A stretch of DNA of 64,000 bases, taken from Chrysomallon squamiferum. Its lineage: Eukaryota; Animalia; Mollusca. The notes below the pieces were generated by a model, which was not told where the DNA came from, made no database searches, and was given only the letters and a program-made list of their open reading frames with translations. The translations under genes were made by a program, and so were the position numbers. Positions 39,474 to 53,708 of this stretch are shown piece by piece. Location: NCBI GenBank assembly GCA_012295275.1, contig CM022672.1, positions 1,922,001 to 1,986,000 on the forward strand, written 5' to 3'. Position 1 is the first letter of the stretch. Every line of letters starts with the position of its first letter.

Positions 39474-41559
39474 AAATATTTGTACATGTAATAAAATTCT
39501 ATTCAAACATTTTGATATACAGATCCTTGCACATACACCACACATAAAAACAGACACACCCTCTCTTTCCCCCACACACAGGTACACACACCTCTAACAT
39601 TCCTGGTCTTGTATCATTACAGCTAATCACCATTTCACCTCCTACATTGCAGTTCTACAACAACAAAAAAAAGAGAAGAAAATCAAATATTCTTTCTTTT
39701 CACCTGCTACTTCACACAACTTTTTATTCTGTAACATAACTCTGCCTCATCTTTCTATTCAAAATATTTGCTAAATGCTACATGAGACTTGGGAAAATAA
39801 ATAAAACCTAAAACTGATGTAGCAATGGAAATAAAACATGATATATACTGTTGCAAAATGGATTTGGCATCACACCTGTTAAACACAGATGTATCGTGTT
39901 ATGTATAATCTATCTGTTTAACTAAGTACCTGTTGAAACAGTCACCTGGTATCATAATTATTAGTCCACTAAAATGTAGATGATAATGTCTTTGTTAAAG
40001 AGAAGGTCAGATTTAGATTTTTATTGCCATCATAAAAATATGATAAAAATTTGTATTCTTTTTTTTTTTTTTTCATTTCTTTTTACTATTATTTCTTTAT
40101 TTATTTATTTATGTTATTTAATTACTTAGTTTTTGTTTGTTTGTTTGTTTGTTTGTTTTTGTCTATTTTTAGAACATTAAAATTGTTTTAAATTATTTTC
40201 TTTTTTTAATTTTTATTTATCTGACTTTTTAATATTACAGTTTGATTGTCTTGTCTACTAATTATTAATATTATTATTACTACTACCATCAACATCATCA
40301 TTTGATTTATTCTGCTAAAAACACAAATAAACAAAACACACATACAAAATTATAATAATAAAACTGTATAATGTATTACTGTAAATGATTGAAAAACATT
40401 CAAAATGTATTGATTTTCAAGCACAATAATATTAGTATTTCATTCATTCTAAAATAGTGATTATTAAAACAGACACCTGATAAAATTAAAATTTTTGCAA
40501 ACTCAATTAATGTAGTATGTGCTTATTATTATTATTTTTTTTTTTTAAATACATTTAAATACAGAAAAAAAAAAAAAATATTTTCAAAATGGCAGCAGGG
40601 CACAGATTAAAATTCTAAAAGTTTAAGTAAATGTTTTTATGGTTTAATATGTGTGAACAAAGGTGACATATACAGTAAATGTTAATAGAAATTTAAATAG
40701 TAATTTTTTATTAATTATTTTTTCTATTTTCTGAAATTTTATTTGATCTAAAGATAGAATAATTAAATTTACTTATTTATTCTCCCCAAAATATAATAAT
40801 AGCTCTTTTTACACTAGACTGTGACACTGTTAACTATATATATATATATATTTTTTTTTTTGTAATCCATTTATCTATCTATCTTTGTCTATATATATAT
40901 ATTATATATATATATATATATAAACAAAATACAAAAATATTCCAATAAAAGAACAAGATCTAAATAAAACTTCTTAAATTGTTAAATTTAAATATAAAAT
41001 GACTACAATCAAACTTGTTCTTACAAAGGTTTTGACAAATTTCAAAAACTGGATAAAATTTTATAATTATATAACACTGATGATTTGAAAACAGAACTGT
41101 CTTGTTTTGATTCATAAAATCAGTTTTATTTAGAATAATCACAGAACCATTTATTATAAAGTAGTTTCCTGTCTTTAGGTAGGCACATACAAAGATCTCT
41201 TTCTGCTAATAAATCACAAAGCACCTATTATATACAGATATTGGTTTCTTCTCTTTGTTTCTGTATCATTAACTACAAATATTATTAATTCAAGTAACTA
41301 ACGAGATTGAAACTTGAATGTGCCATTAAATAAAACATGTCTGAAGATACTGCCGGATTTTCACTTTAATAATTCTTTTTATATAATATAACTTTATGGA
41401 AGTTTATTATTTTGTGTAACCCTGTTAAATTTATTAATGTTTTTGATACTTTATGCTTAATAATAAATTGCAAAACAAAATTATTATTATTATTTTTTTT
41501 TTTTTTAAATTGGTAAATATTAAATTTATTTATTTTATTTATTATTTCTTTTTAAATTT

Positions 41560-42090
41560 TAGTGTTATTATTATTATAATTATTATTTTTTTTTTTTTTT
41601 TTGCTATTATTTTTACTTCTTATTGTTACCTTTATTGTTGTAGTCTTTTCTCATTATGTTTATATCATTATTGTTGTTGTTGTTGTCATTATTGCTATTG
41701 CTGCAACTACTTCTACTACTAGTAGTGCTATCATTATTGATTCTATTACTTTTATCATCATCATCTTCTTCATCATTACTGCTACTGCTGACACTGCTTT
41801 CATAACCATTCTTTATTATTATTATTGTTAGTACCATTATCATCATCACCACTTCTACTACATATATTACTACCACTAGAGCCATTATTATTGTTTCTAT
41901 TGCATTTATCATTATCATCACCGTTATTATTACTACTACTATTTCTACCATTACAACAGTTACTACTAATACTGCTACATGTGCATTATTACCATTATTA
42001 TTATAATTATTATGATGATGATATTATTATTATTATAATTATTATGATGATGATGATGATGATATTATTATTATTTTTATTACTATCTCA
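41560..42090. repeat. Mixed trinucleotide low-complexity tract (ATT/ATC/ACT/GAT)
   Basis: Seen directly. Confidence 0.85.
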
Positions 42091-45000
42091 TTTTTAAAAC
42101 AAAACTGTTGTTGTTTTTACAAATTTGGGGCATGAACCAGCTTCACCTATTGCTCCCTGCCCACAGCCTCTATACTTCTTTTTTCTTTTTTCTTTCATCA
42201 GACTGGGAGACTGGTTCTCTGCTAATCAGTGACATCCATCAGCTAGCAGTGTTTCTGAAACCACTCAAGGGGGATTTCCAAACTTCTTGACATTTTCATT
42301 GTACACTGAGCAGCACAACTTCAACATGCAGGATCAATATTAACTGACTGGGCAGGTTCTGCACTACCCAGACCATCAACGCTCCAAGCTTGTAGCAGAA
42401 ATATACACAACAGTCTTAATATCTTGTCTCACACACTTGACAATATTAAATCTACAGGCTCATTGGAATGATTCACCTTTTAGGTATGGTTAGAGATACG
42501 TGATATGGGTACTGATGATGATGATGATGATGATGATGTTGGTGGTGGTAACTGTCGTGGTATTGGTGATCTCTTCTTTGGACATGACTGGATATCTGGT
42601 TATTCACTGTTTATAAATTAAAATTTATAGCTGTAATTTAGAAGGTTCCAAGCCTGCAATAGAGATGCGTTTAATATTGCTGACAGCATCCTTGATAACG
42701 TTAATATCCTCTCTGACATGATTGAAGATATCAGAATTTCAGCCGAATTATTAGCATGATGGGGAATGGTTACAGATCAGACAGTGAAAGTGATAATAAT
42801 AATAATCTGAAGAATTTGTTATTAAGGTTTCTAAAATAAAATTAAATGGTTGAAATTTAATGCACAAATATGCTGACAACATATTTAATCATTTTAATAT
42901 TGTGTCTGAAAATATTAAAACTGGAGGACTGATTAGAAATATGATGAAGACTTGATGATGATGGTCATGACTGTCATCATCAGATATTTGGTCATTCATG
43001 TTTTTAAAATAAAAGTAAATATATGATATTTACTTGTCATCTATAGATCATTTAAAACTTTATGATCTATACTTTTTGTTTATTTATTTTATTGTATATC
43101 TTTTTACTATTGTTTTTTTTTTTCATCCACCTGATTTCTTTTATATTTATTTTAGAATGAAAATGAAAAAATAGTTGCATCTTTTATACTTGCATATGAA
43201 AATGATAACATAGCCTTGTATATATATTTTTTTAATAAAAACATCATTTGAAAAAAATAAAATTAAAATATTATCTAGCTAATGTTATAACAAAGATATT
43301 GTGTGATCAATTTAATAAACATTCGTATAATTTCTGTTATCTGTAAATTAAAACAAAATTCTAGAATTAATATATATATATATATATATATAAAACCTCT
43401 TCACTGTATTTATAGTGTATCAGTTAGTAGAAATATAAAATTATTTGGTGGGAATATTTTTATAAGGCATATTTTTCTGTCTTCACAGCATTTTCTGTCT
43501 ACAGCTGAGTAATTCTGGGTTCTATATATCTTCATACTACACTTACTAAACACCAAAAGTCTCATTGCTTTTGGATTCTGAACATTTGTGACTTTGCTCT
43601 ACTTGTAATGATGATTACAAGCCCCTATTATCAGAAACCAAAGGAAAAGAAAAAGGCAAAAAAAAAAAAAAAAAAAAAAAGAAAGGAAAATGAAAAAGAA
43701 AGAGTGAGATGAACTGAGAAGTGCAAACTGAAGATCCACAAAACAGACAGTAATGGAAACGGAAAGAAAACAGAGTAATTTTAAATTTTTTTCTCACAGA
43801 AAACTCTGTAATTCTTCATGCAAATGTAGCCACTTATCTTTGAGTGCTTTTTTTCTTTCTTACTTTTTTTTTTTTTTTTTTTTTTTTTTCTTTCTTTTCA
43901 GCCTAATAAAATTGCTACAAGTCTTAACTTTATTTCTGACAAATTGGTTATATCTGTATTCATAATTATTAAACAAATGCAAAATTTGTTGTATAAAACA
44001 TGTCTTCTTTTCTCCTTCAAGTCTTTTTAAAATCACAAAATAAAACAAGTAGTCTAAACTTTATAACAAAATAACGAAATAAGACAGAACCCTTAAAAAG
44101 TCTCAGTGAAAATTCTTTCCTGTCTTTATTACCAACATAAATTTTATTTCAAATTGCTAAATAATGATAATAAATCAGTTGCAAGAACAAGCAAGGCGAA
44201 ATCTTTATTTCAGTTATATTAGCACCAAGCTGACAATATCACATAAAAGAAAAAAAAAAGAAAGCCTACATGAGCTTTATTTCTTTTCAATGTCAGCTCA
44301 TAGATTTAACACCAAATCAATTTTCTCTGAGCTTAACTGCCTTCATCTGACGCTTCTAAATGATGCAACCATGAATCAATTAATCATTCTTTTGCACTGT
44401 TATCTCTATGCAAGGCAAACATCACACAAAAACATCAACAAAAGCTAAAGAAACTATGCATAGTTATTGATTAAAGAAATGAATGAATGGAAGTTTCTAT
44501 GATACCTGTGAATATTTCAGTTATTTGGTGCCAGTATGCAGTTTGAATAATGATGATTATGAGGTGGGAAATCTCTATCAGGACATGGAATATTCTTATT
44601 TGTTAACAAGGAACAGATCTCTGATGACTGATTCTGCACTAATAGTTAAAGTGTAAATTCATTTAGTTTAGTCTGTTACTTTCAATGAACAATTAATTTC
44701 ACTCTTGTTTTCAATTCATTTATTTTATTTTTATTTTCTATTAACAATTCATATACTTCATTTTATTTTTGTTTTCACTTCATTTATTTTGGTTTTATTT
44801 TCTATTTTATTTCCATACTTTATTTTTGTTGTTTTCAATTAACAATTCATTTTATTTTTATTTTTTTTTGTTATTTTTTTTTTCCTTTTCAAACAATCAA
44901 AGAAATCATTAAGTTAATCAAGCATTTCATCTGAAATGGAATACCCATGTCGAGGTTGTGTTTGTGGGTTTAATGGTCATTAGGTATTTCAAGCTATGTG

Positions 45001-45395
45001 GAAATTTCACTAATGGTGTTCATAATATGCTACACACACTGAATCAGCTGGCTTTATATACACATAACTCTACATTCACCAAGAACAATTTATCTTAGAC
45101 ACAATTCACTAAAGTGTCCAAGACATGCATGCTTGAATGGTTTTGTGACAGAGTTATTGTAAAAGTATTGAGAAACCATGAGGTTTTGAAATGTTTTTTG
45201 TCTGAAATTTAAAATTCTGTTTCAGTAACAATGATAAAAGAAAATTCAGTGCTTACTCAAGTGTCTTGATTTTGAATAGTAACAATTTTTTAATTTATCT
45301 GGTATCTCAAGCATCAGTAAGATGACTTGATTTTCAAACACAAATGATTACTGGAACAAACATACTCTGAACTGCCCATCCATGCCAGTACCCAC

Positions 45396-45575
<180 letters not shown>

Positions 45576-45642
45576 CTCCACATCAGTTTTAATTTCAACA
45601 TAATGGTATCTGATTACAGGTTATCAAATTCACATACATATG

Positions 45643-45991
45643 AATTTGATAACCACTAATCAAACATCATTATATGGAGATGAAAATTGATGCTTTTCAA
45701 AAATCAATTATATGTTTTTTCTGTTGTAGCTTAATAATTATTTATTAACTCATAAACAACAATTAGATATCTTCTTTCTCTGACAACTGGTCTCACAAAA
45801 TGTTGTTACATAGATATGTGTGTCTACACAAATAACAGTTTCAGGATACTTACATACATAAAACACATACACACACAAACACACATATACATACATAGTT
45901 ACATACACATATATGTAAATATCCTGTAACAATTATATGTAGCATATCTGTATGTGTGTGTGTAAATATCCTGTAACTGTTATTTGACTAA

Positions 45992-46027
<36 letters not shown>

Positions 46028-46165
46028 GTAAGGAGACATCTAATTGTTGTTTATAATAAGTTGATAGATAATTATTAAGCTACAAGAGAAAAACATGTAA
46101 TTGATTTTTGAAAAGCATCAGTTTTCATCTCCACATAATGATGCTTGATTAGTGGTTATGAAATT
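45643..46165. repeat. Long inverted repeat (foldback or MITE-like); arms about 45643-45775 and 46030-46165
   Basis: The reverse complement of the right arm matches the left arm over ~135 bp with about 10 substitutions and 2 small indels. Inner inverted pair caaataacagtttcaggatacttaca / tgtaaatatcctgtaactgttatttg. Confidence 0.9.
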
Positions 46166-46209
46166 GTTAACAGCAAATCGTTAATCTGCCTTATTGTATA
46201 GCAGATCAT

Positions 46210-46640
46210 TAAACTGAAATATTTTCACTTCTTGACCAGCATCCAGTCCTCAAATGAAACTCCTTTCATCTCCTGACCACTGTCCACTGATTAAAATACT
46301 TTCACATCTTGACCACTATTTACGTGTTACTCTCGTGATAGAATTCTTTCATGTCTTGACCACTGACCATTGATTAAAATACTTTCACATTTTGACCACT
46401 GTCCACTAATTAAAATATTTTGGTATCTTGACCATTGACTATTGATTAACCACTATCACATCTCTACCATCGTCTAATTGTTAAACTAATGGTCAGATAC
46501 TTTTACGTTTGACCACTGGTTAAAATAACTTCATATCTTGACACTGTCCACTTGTTCAATTAATAATAAAATACTTGGACACCTTGACCACTGTCCATTG
46601 ATTATAATATTTTCATATCTTGACGACTGCCCAGTGATTG
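46210..46640. repeat. Degenerate ~35-bp tandem repeat (ttgaccactgtccactgattaaaatactttcacatc)
   Basis: The ttgaccac motif recurs about ten times. Confidence 0.8.
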
Positions 46641-47699
46641 TAGTTATGAGCTATGTCAGTGCCTAGCAAAATTGAGTATTAATCAGATAGGACAGTATCA
46701 TTATACAGTAGGCAGTCATTCAGAACATTTTTTTATATTCACTGAAGGTTTAAGCACTTCTGTCATGGGCATAAAAGGAGCCTAATGTGTCTATTCGTGA
46801 GTTTCCATATATTACCATTCATATTATTTTATATTCACAAGCATTTGGGAACGAATGCATCATGTATATATTATGATTTCCTTGATGTAATGGATCTTCG
46901 AAAACATTCTTGCAGTTAAAAGTCTGTGATGACATCTTGAGCCTGTTTGATCTTTGCAGGACTGTGTTAGTGTGGCAAAGTGTTAATTAGAGAGAAGTTG
47001 AAGTACAGCAGTCTAACACATTCCCAGTTTTCTTTGGATAACAGCCAGTAATAGAACGTGATCTTAGAAGCTGATGCTCTAAAGGCCAAAGTTTTAACCA
47101 TCCCTTCCAAGTTTACAGAATAATCATTTAGATTTGCGATTCTGATCCATAATCTTTTATATGCAATATACTATTAACCTAAACACCATGGATTTTTTTT
47201 ACTCAAAAAATTCTTTTTAATGTGACTTTTTTGTTTTGTTGCTTGTTTGTTTGGTTTACTTGTTTCTGTAATACTGAAGGCTGAAACACTGTCAAAGTGT
47301 AAATAATTATTTAGATTTGTATTACTAAGAACTGACATTCATATTTGTAGGTGTTTTAAAAATCCACAAGGTTAATCATCTGTTAACAACCTAAACTCTT
47401 AATTTTTTCAAATATTTTTTTTAACGTCTTTCAACAACAGACATGCATTCTTTTTATACTCTTGATATACGATTTCTTTACTTATTTGTATAACTGTGAA
47501 AAAAGAAAAACAGACGAAGACGAAAAAGAAAAAGACTGAGTGATTATATCTGTTAGCAATGGACTGTGAAACACATGGTTTATCTGCAGACTGATTACTG
47601 GTCTGTAATAGTACATCTTACCCACAAATTAGTTCAAATTCTACATTTGTATCAGAACAGCATTTCATAATACATTTTTCAATAAAGCAGAAAGCAGTC

Positions 47700-47940
47700 T
47701 AAAGTTCAGTGGTTAAGACACATGCCTGAGAAGTCACAGAATGCAAGATCATTCCTCAAGAGGCACCAGTTAAATTCCTCTCAAGAAACACATAATAAGT
47801 GTTCTTCGGGTAATTAAATGGGAGTCATTTTATTTCCCAATCCAACAAGTGTTTCATGTCTGCTATATCAAAGCTTAATGCTAATTCTTTTTCTGTATAT
47901 GGGAAGGTGGATAAGAAATAACTGTTTGCTGCTATTCAAT
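47700..47940 (+). mobile_element. Decayed SINE, family A, with tRNA-like head
   Basis: A-box-like agttcagtggttaa, then tatttcccaatccaacaagtg...tatatcaaag...ttgctgcta. Confidence 0.45.
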
Positions 47941-48109
47941 AACAACACAGACACACCCAATAAAAAGGATTTAAATATTCATTGATGAATTTTCCTGATT
48001 AAGCTATCCTGTTAGTGATGAAAATTCAGTAGCAAACAATACTTTTTATTTAAAAAGATTTTTCTTAATAATAATAATAATAATAGCAAAAATAATAATA
48101 TAAATAAAA

Positions 48110-48152
<43 letters not shown>

Positions 48153-48982
48153 TGTTAAAGAAATAATTAACACCTTTAGATTTTATCATTGTAAAATATA
48201 ATGTAACAGTTATTCATTTGTGGAATTACTCTCTTTTATTATATTTAATTAATTTACTTCATGAAGAAGTAGTTGTGGTATGTGCTATCCTAGTATTTAT
48301 ATTCCAAATGATCCTGAATGATCAAATAACTACTTATTTAAAACTGGTAACAAAATCTGATATCATCATTAAGAAAGTATTTATATTCACATTAAGAAAA
48401 TACAGTTACAAATAATAAGCTTTTTCTCTTGTGTTTGAACAGCTGTGATGTGTGGTGCAGTGAATAAGCAGATTACTGCTAGTTACACGAAAATTACACA
48501 AAAGAGGTTAATTTTAGCCACATATTTAAATATAATATATAATCTTAGTTAGAAAATATTTGTGCAGCTCAGTTTTCCTTATTCAAAATCTTAAGGCACA
48601 CTTAGAACCAAATATAACCACTATCTTTGATCAAATATGGAGCAATGCTTGGAATGGAAAATAAGTCATTGACAACACCAATTATACTTCAGACCAACAA
48701 TCTATAACTTTATTGCACTTAGAATCTGAATGGAATACTTAAAATGTTACATAAGCTCTGAGAAATATTATCTATTTATTCACAAGCAGAATTGCATTTT
48801 GCCACAAAACTGTGGCCAATTGAAACTGAAGGAAAGAAATATTTGATTGCTGTATTTGACTGTTTGGCTGCACTAGACTCTTTTCAAGCATCCTGGGGAT
48901 TGTTTGAGACTGATTGTCTGACACATAACACTAACTTCTCTCTTGGATGACATTCTAGAAAAAGATTATATTATATATATAT

Positions 48983-48989
<7 letters not shown>

Positions 48990-49081
<92 letters not shown>

Positions 49082-49089
49082 GAGAGAGA
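48990..49089. repeat. (GA)n microsatellite
   Basis: Seen directly. Confidence 0.95.
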
Positions 49090-49474
49090 TTGTCTTTCTT
49101 TTGTTAAATACATTATTGCAGATTCATACAGACTGAAGGAAATTAAGAAAGAAAAATAGCTTTGCCAATGACAGAAATGAAATCAGTTGATAATCTAATT
49201 CTGTCTGTCTGAATGTCTGTATGTGTCATGACTATCGAGTAACATAATATTAGCTTTCATTATGATTATCTGAAATTTGTCTTTCTGAAAAGAAACCATT
49301 ATTTAATAATAACTGAACTAAAATTACTCCATTAAGTAAAATCTTAGTAATAATTATTCTATTGTGATCTATCAAAGGCCATGCATTTTCCTTCCATGGG
49401 AAAGTATTTAAATAAAACATTTCTTGCTAGTAATCAGTAAAACTAACCTCCAAATTAAACCATAATTTATTCGT

Positions 49475-49695
49475 ACAGACATTTCAGTATCAAACCAAAA
49501 TCTATTGATACAGATATTTCAGTATCAAACCAAAATCTATTGATACAGATATTTCAGTATCAAACCAAAATCTATTGATAGAGACACTTCAGTATCAAAC
49601 CAAAATCTACTGATTCAAACACTTCAATATAAAATAAGAATTTACTGATACAGATACTACGTCAGTATCAAATCAATGATTCAGTATTAAACCAG
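49475..49695. repeat. 35-bp tandem repeat (atttcagtatcaaaccaaaatctattgatacagat)
   Basis: About 5-6 copies, the first three nearly identical. Confidence 0.85.
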
Positions 49696-50009
49696 ATGTT
49701 ATTTAAAATGGTTTTTAAGACCACTGGCCACAGACAATGAAACGAGGGAGTGGTGAAATCATTGATGATGCTGGGAAGCACCCTGGATCAATCTAATCAG
49801 GAGCAAACTTGTCAGAACAAATAGCACGCATGGTATTCATGTGTCGATGATTGCTTCTCTGGACAATACAAAAGGTGCCGAAGAATTCTCACTTGTCCAT
49901 AATTAGAATGTGAAAACAATCAGTCTGCATGAAGGCGTGTGCAAATTGTTTTATGCAGAGTGTTGGGAGACCCAGCTTTACTATTTATAAGAATTTAGCT
50001 ACATTCTTA

Positions 50010-51130
50010 AATACAGCCAGACATGGACAAATAATAAATCATGTCATTCAGTTTAGCTTTTATTATAAGTCTAGATGGCCCTGGGCTCTAATCTTGCTTC
50101 TGGATTGATGATCCAATTTGACATATGTCAAAAGTAATTTACCTATTTTGAAAAAAAAGGTATGATGATCAAATTTTGGGTTTCGTTAAATGTCTAGAGT
50201 TCTAGTGGGTTCTGATCTTGCTACTGGATGGAAGAATCTGTTTAATTTTAATACATGAATATATTCAGTAACACCTTAAAGGAAAACAGACTTGGATGAT
50301 GATAACTTTTCTGATTCATGTTGTCTTGATTCTGGCTTCAAGATTGTTCATCTTTAGGAGTGTAATAATAACCCTTTTTATTTATATAAACCAGAAAAAG
50401 AATAACTTCTGAATATCAAAATTGGAAGTTACTAAAGGATAGACATGTTCTTTATTCCAGATGCTTCTGTTCTCAGAGGAATTCAATTATATTATAACCA
50501 GACCTGGCTAATAACAACCTTTCTAAACCACATCATCAAAACTGAGAGACAGAGGATTCCAATATTGTTTTTGGCTAGAAGATAACTTTACTATCTGGAA
50601 GAATTTAATCACATTCTTAAAGACAACCAGTCCTGGATAATAATAACCTTTCTAAATCATGTCAACAAATCTGGCTTTTATCACAAGTCTAAAAGTCCTG
50701 GGTTAAAATCTTGATTCTGGCTTGCACACCCCCACTTACTATATGGAAGAAGTCATTCATTTCTTTAAAGACAACCAGACCTGGATAATAATAACCTTTC
50801 CAAATCATGTCATGAAATTTGGCTTTTTAATACAAGTCTGGAAGCTACCAGCCGTTGATCAGACTGGAGTTGTAATTTTACTACTCAGAAGTATTCTACA
50901 ACAGTCTTAAAGTCACAGAGATCTCAGTAATAATTATCTTTCTCAGTAATGTCATCAGACTCAACTTCTGTTACGAGGGAGAGAGAGTTAGCAGTTCTAA
51001 TCTTGATCCAGGCTCCTGTTCTGGATAATGACAACTTCTGCTAGTCTTCAGTTTGAGGAATTATTAAAGGACTTGCATGTACTGCATTCCAATCTTCCTT
51101 CCATATTGGAAGAATGAAATACATTTTAAT
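50010..51130. repeat. Old degenerate satellite, ~130-150-bp unit
   Basis: taaagacaaccag.cctggataataataacctt..aaatcatgtca at ~50618 and ~50766. Related aatcttgcttctgg / aatcttgattctgg motifs recur. Confidence 0.6.
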
Positions 51131-52554
51131 GACATATTGTTTTTGTGTTTTTTTGTCAGCATTCCATAAAAGTAACATAATTCAATGAAAAAAGTACATC
51201 TACATCAATAGCCTTTGTAAAACCAGTCACATAATATAAGTTGGATTGCTTTTTAACATAATACAAGACTTTTGATATGCCATGTACAAATTTTATTAGT
51301 GTATAAAATATTATTCCTTTTGTTCCCAGCAAACAAGTTATTATACATCTTTCAGATATAATGTAATAAGGAAAAAATACCACAGCCTTTGAAAAGCCAG
51401 TCCTTTATCACAAGCCATATTGTTTTTTAACACAAATATCTATCTTTAGATCAGATATGTGAAGATTTTCTTTCAAACAAACAAACAGGTATACATATAC
51501 CTTACAGATATAAATACATTTCATGTCCATTGAAAGAAGCTGATGTAACTCAAATGGGAATAATTTTTGACACAAAATATATGACTTTTGATAAAAAATA
51601 TACATATAACTTGCAGATTTAAAATACTATGGGGAAATTATAAAAGGTTGATGCAGCATGAATAGGAATGCTCTTTAACATAGATTAAATGACTTTTGGT
51701 AACATTTTTATTAGACTACATTCCTTTTCTTTTGAACAAACCAACAGCCATACCATTTACAAGTGTCTCCGGTACAATGATGTGCAAACACTGCAAACAG
51801 AAAAATTGATTTCTATTTAAAAGAATAATCATCTCCCAGTAATCTGTTTCTTCTTCAAACACTTCAATATTTTTAGCAAACCAACATCACTGACAAAAAC
51901 TGTACAAAAAGAAAACATTTGCTATCATGTCAAACAAAATGTGCAGCCACTTGAAACATCTGTGGGAACACAGTCTTGTGAAAGTAAACGAATCACAACA
52001 TTCAGCTTCACTATTGATTCCTTTTTTAAAACATAAATTGAAAATGTTTAAAGGAATGAAAAAGAAGAAAATATTTATTTAAATTTTTTTTCTTCTCTTT
52101 TTTTATGTTATGAATGACAGTAATTTAAGAAAAAATATTCTTCAGAGACGTTCAAATACTGCTTTAAAATATGGTGAAGGAAATATTATGATTTTGATGT
52201 TGTTGGTTTTTTGGTTTTGCTTTTTCATGGTTTTTTCTTTTTTTAGGATTTTTTGTCATTTCTGTCATTTATTCTTATGTGTCACTGGAAGAAATTTTAA
52301 GATATTTATATTAAGTTTAAAATAAAAAAAAATAATTTAGTGTCACATCATAAAATCAGTGGCAGCTACAAACTGGATTATCTGTCTAAGTTGTATGCTG
52401 TGGGATCAGTCCCTTACACTGATAAAGAAAATGAGTGACAGCTTTATCAAACATTAAAGTGTTTTTTAGTGAAATACGTTATTATAAGTAGAAGTTCACT
52501 GAGGTTAACAGAAATCATGTACACAACAGAATTATCAGGTGTGTTAGTGGTTGT

Positions 52555-53000
52555 GTTAGCAGCAGTAGTAGTGGTCACAGTCATAGTAGGATAGTAGTAG
52601 TAGCAACACTGGTAATAATGATAGACAAAACAATAGTCTAGTAGCAGTAGTGTAACTAGAAGTAATAGTACTAACTAAGTAATAGCAGTAGTTAAATAAT
52701 ATTAACAGAAGTTGTAGTAGTTGAAGTAGGTATATGATTAGCAATATTAACAGTAGCAGGAACAGTAATATCAAAAGTATTTCTTCTACAAGAAATAATA
52801 AATAGAAGTAGTTGTAGTAGTACAAAACAGTAACAATAACAGTATTATAAAAAGTAGTCCTAGAATCAGTTGTAATGATAGAAACAGTAGCAGCTACAGT
52901 TATAGGAATAATTGCAGCAGTTTAACAGAAATGGAAGCAGAAGTAGTAGCAGCAGTAGTAGCTGTAGCAGTAGTACCAACAGCAGCATCAGAAGCTGCAG
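52555..53000. repeat. Degenerate (AGT/AGC)n low-complexity tract
   Basis: Seen directly. Confidence 0.8.
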
Positions 53001-53260
53001 TGTTTCAGATAAGATGACTAAATTACACTCTAACAATGGCATTCAGTCATTACAGTTCAGCATGCAAATCTGACCTAACACAAATCTTACACTCTCATTC
53101 TTTTTTTTTTTCTTCGTCCACAGATTTACATGGAATATGATTTAGTAATAAATATATAATAAAGCAGCTAACATGTCAAATATCACAGACATAAAATTTT
53201 AATTTTTATATTTTATATTTTCTGTTTGTCTCAGTGCATAATTTCAGACACATTAACAGA

Positions 53261-53296
<36 letters not shown>

Positions 53297-53521
53297 TATA
53301 TGTGTGTGATAAGTAAACAAAATTAAATACAATAAAAATATTAATATTAAAAATAATGAATAAATTGAATAAAGAATAAAGATATACTGAATAAAATAAA
53401 ACTAAATTAAATGATGATGATGGTGAAGATGATGGTTGTGAACATGATGATAATAATATAATAAATTTTTACAATCATTACTCTTTTTTAACTCTTACAG
53501 CTACTACAACAACAACTACTC

Positions 53522-53564
<43 letters not shown>

Positions 53565-53671
53565 TACCATCACTACTAATAAAAATAATAATAATTATGA
53601 CAATAATAATAATTGTAGTGGTAATAGTAGTAACAACAACAGCAAAAGTATGTTGTTAATGAAAATCAATA

Positions 53672-53708
<37 letters not shown>

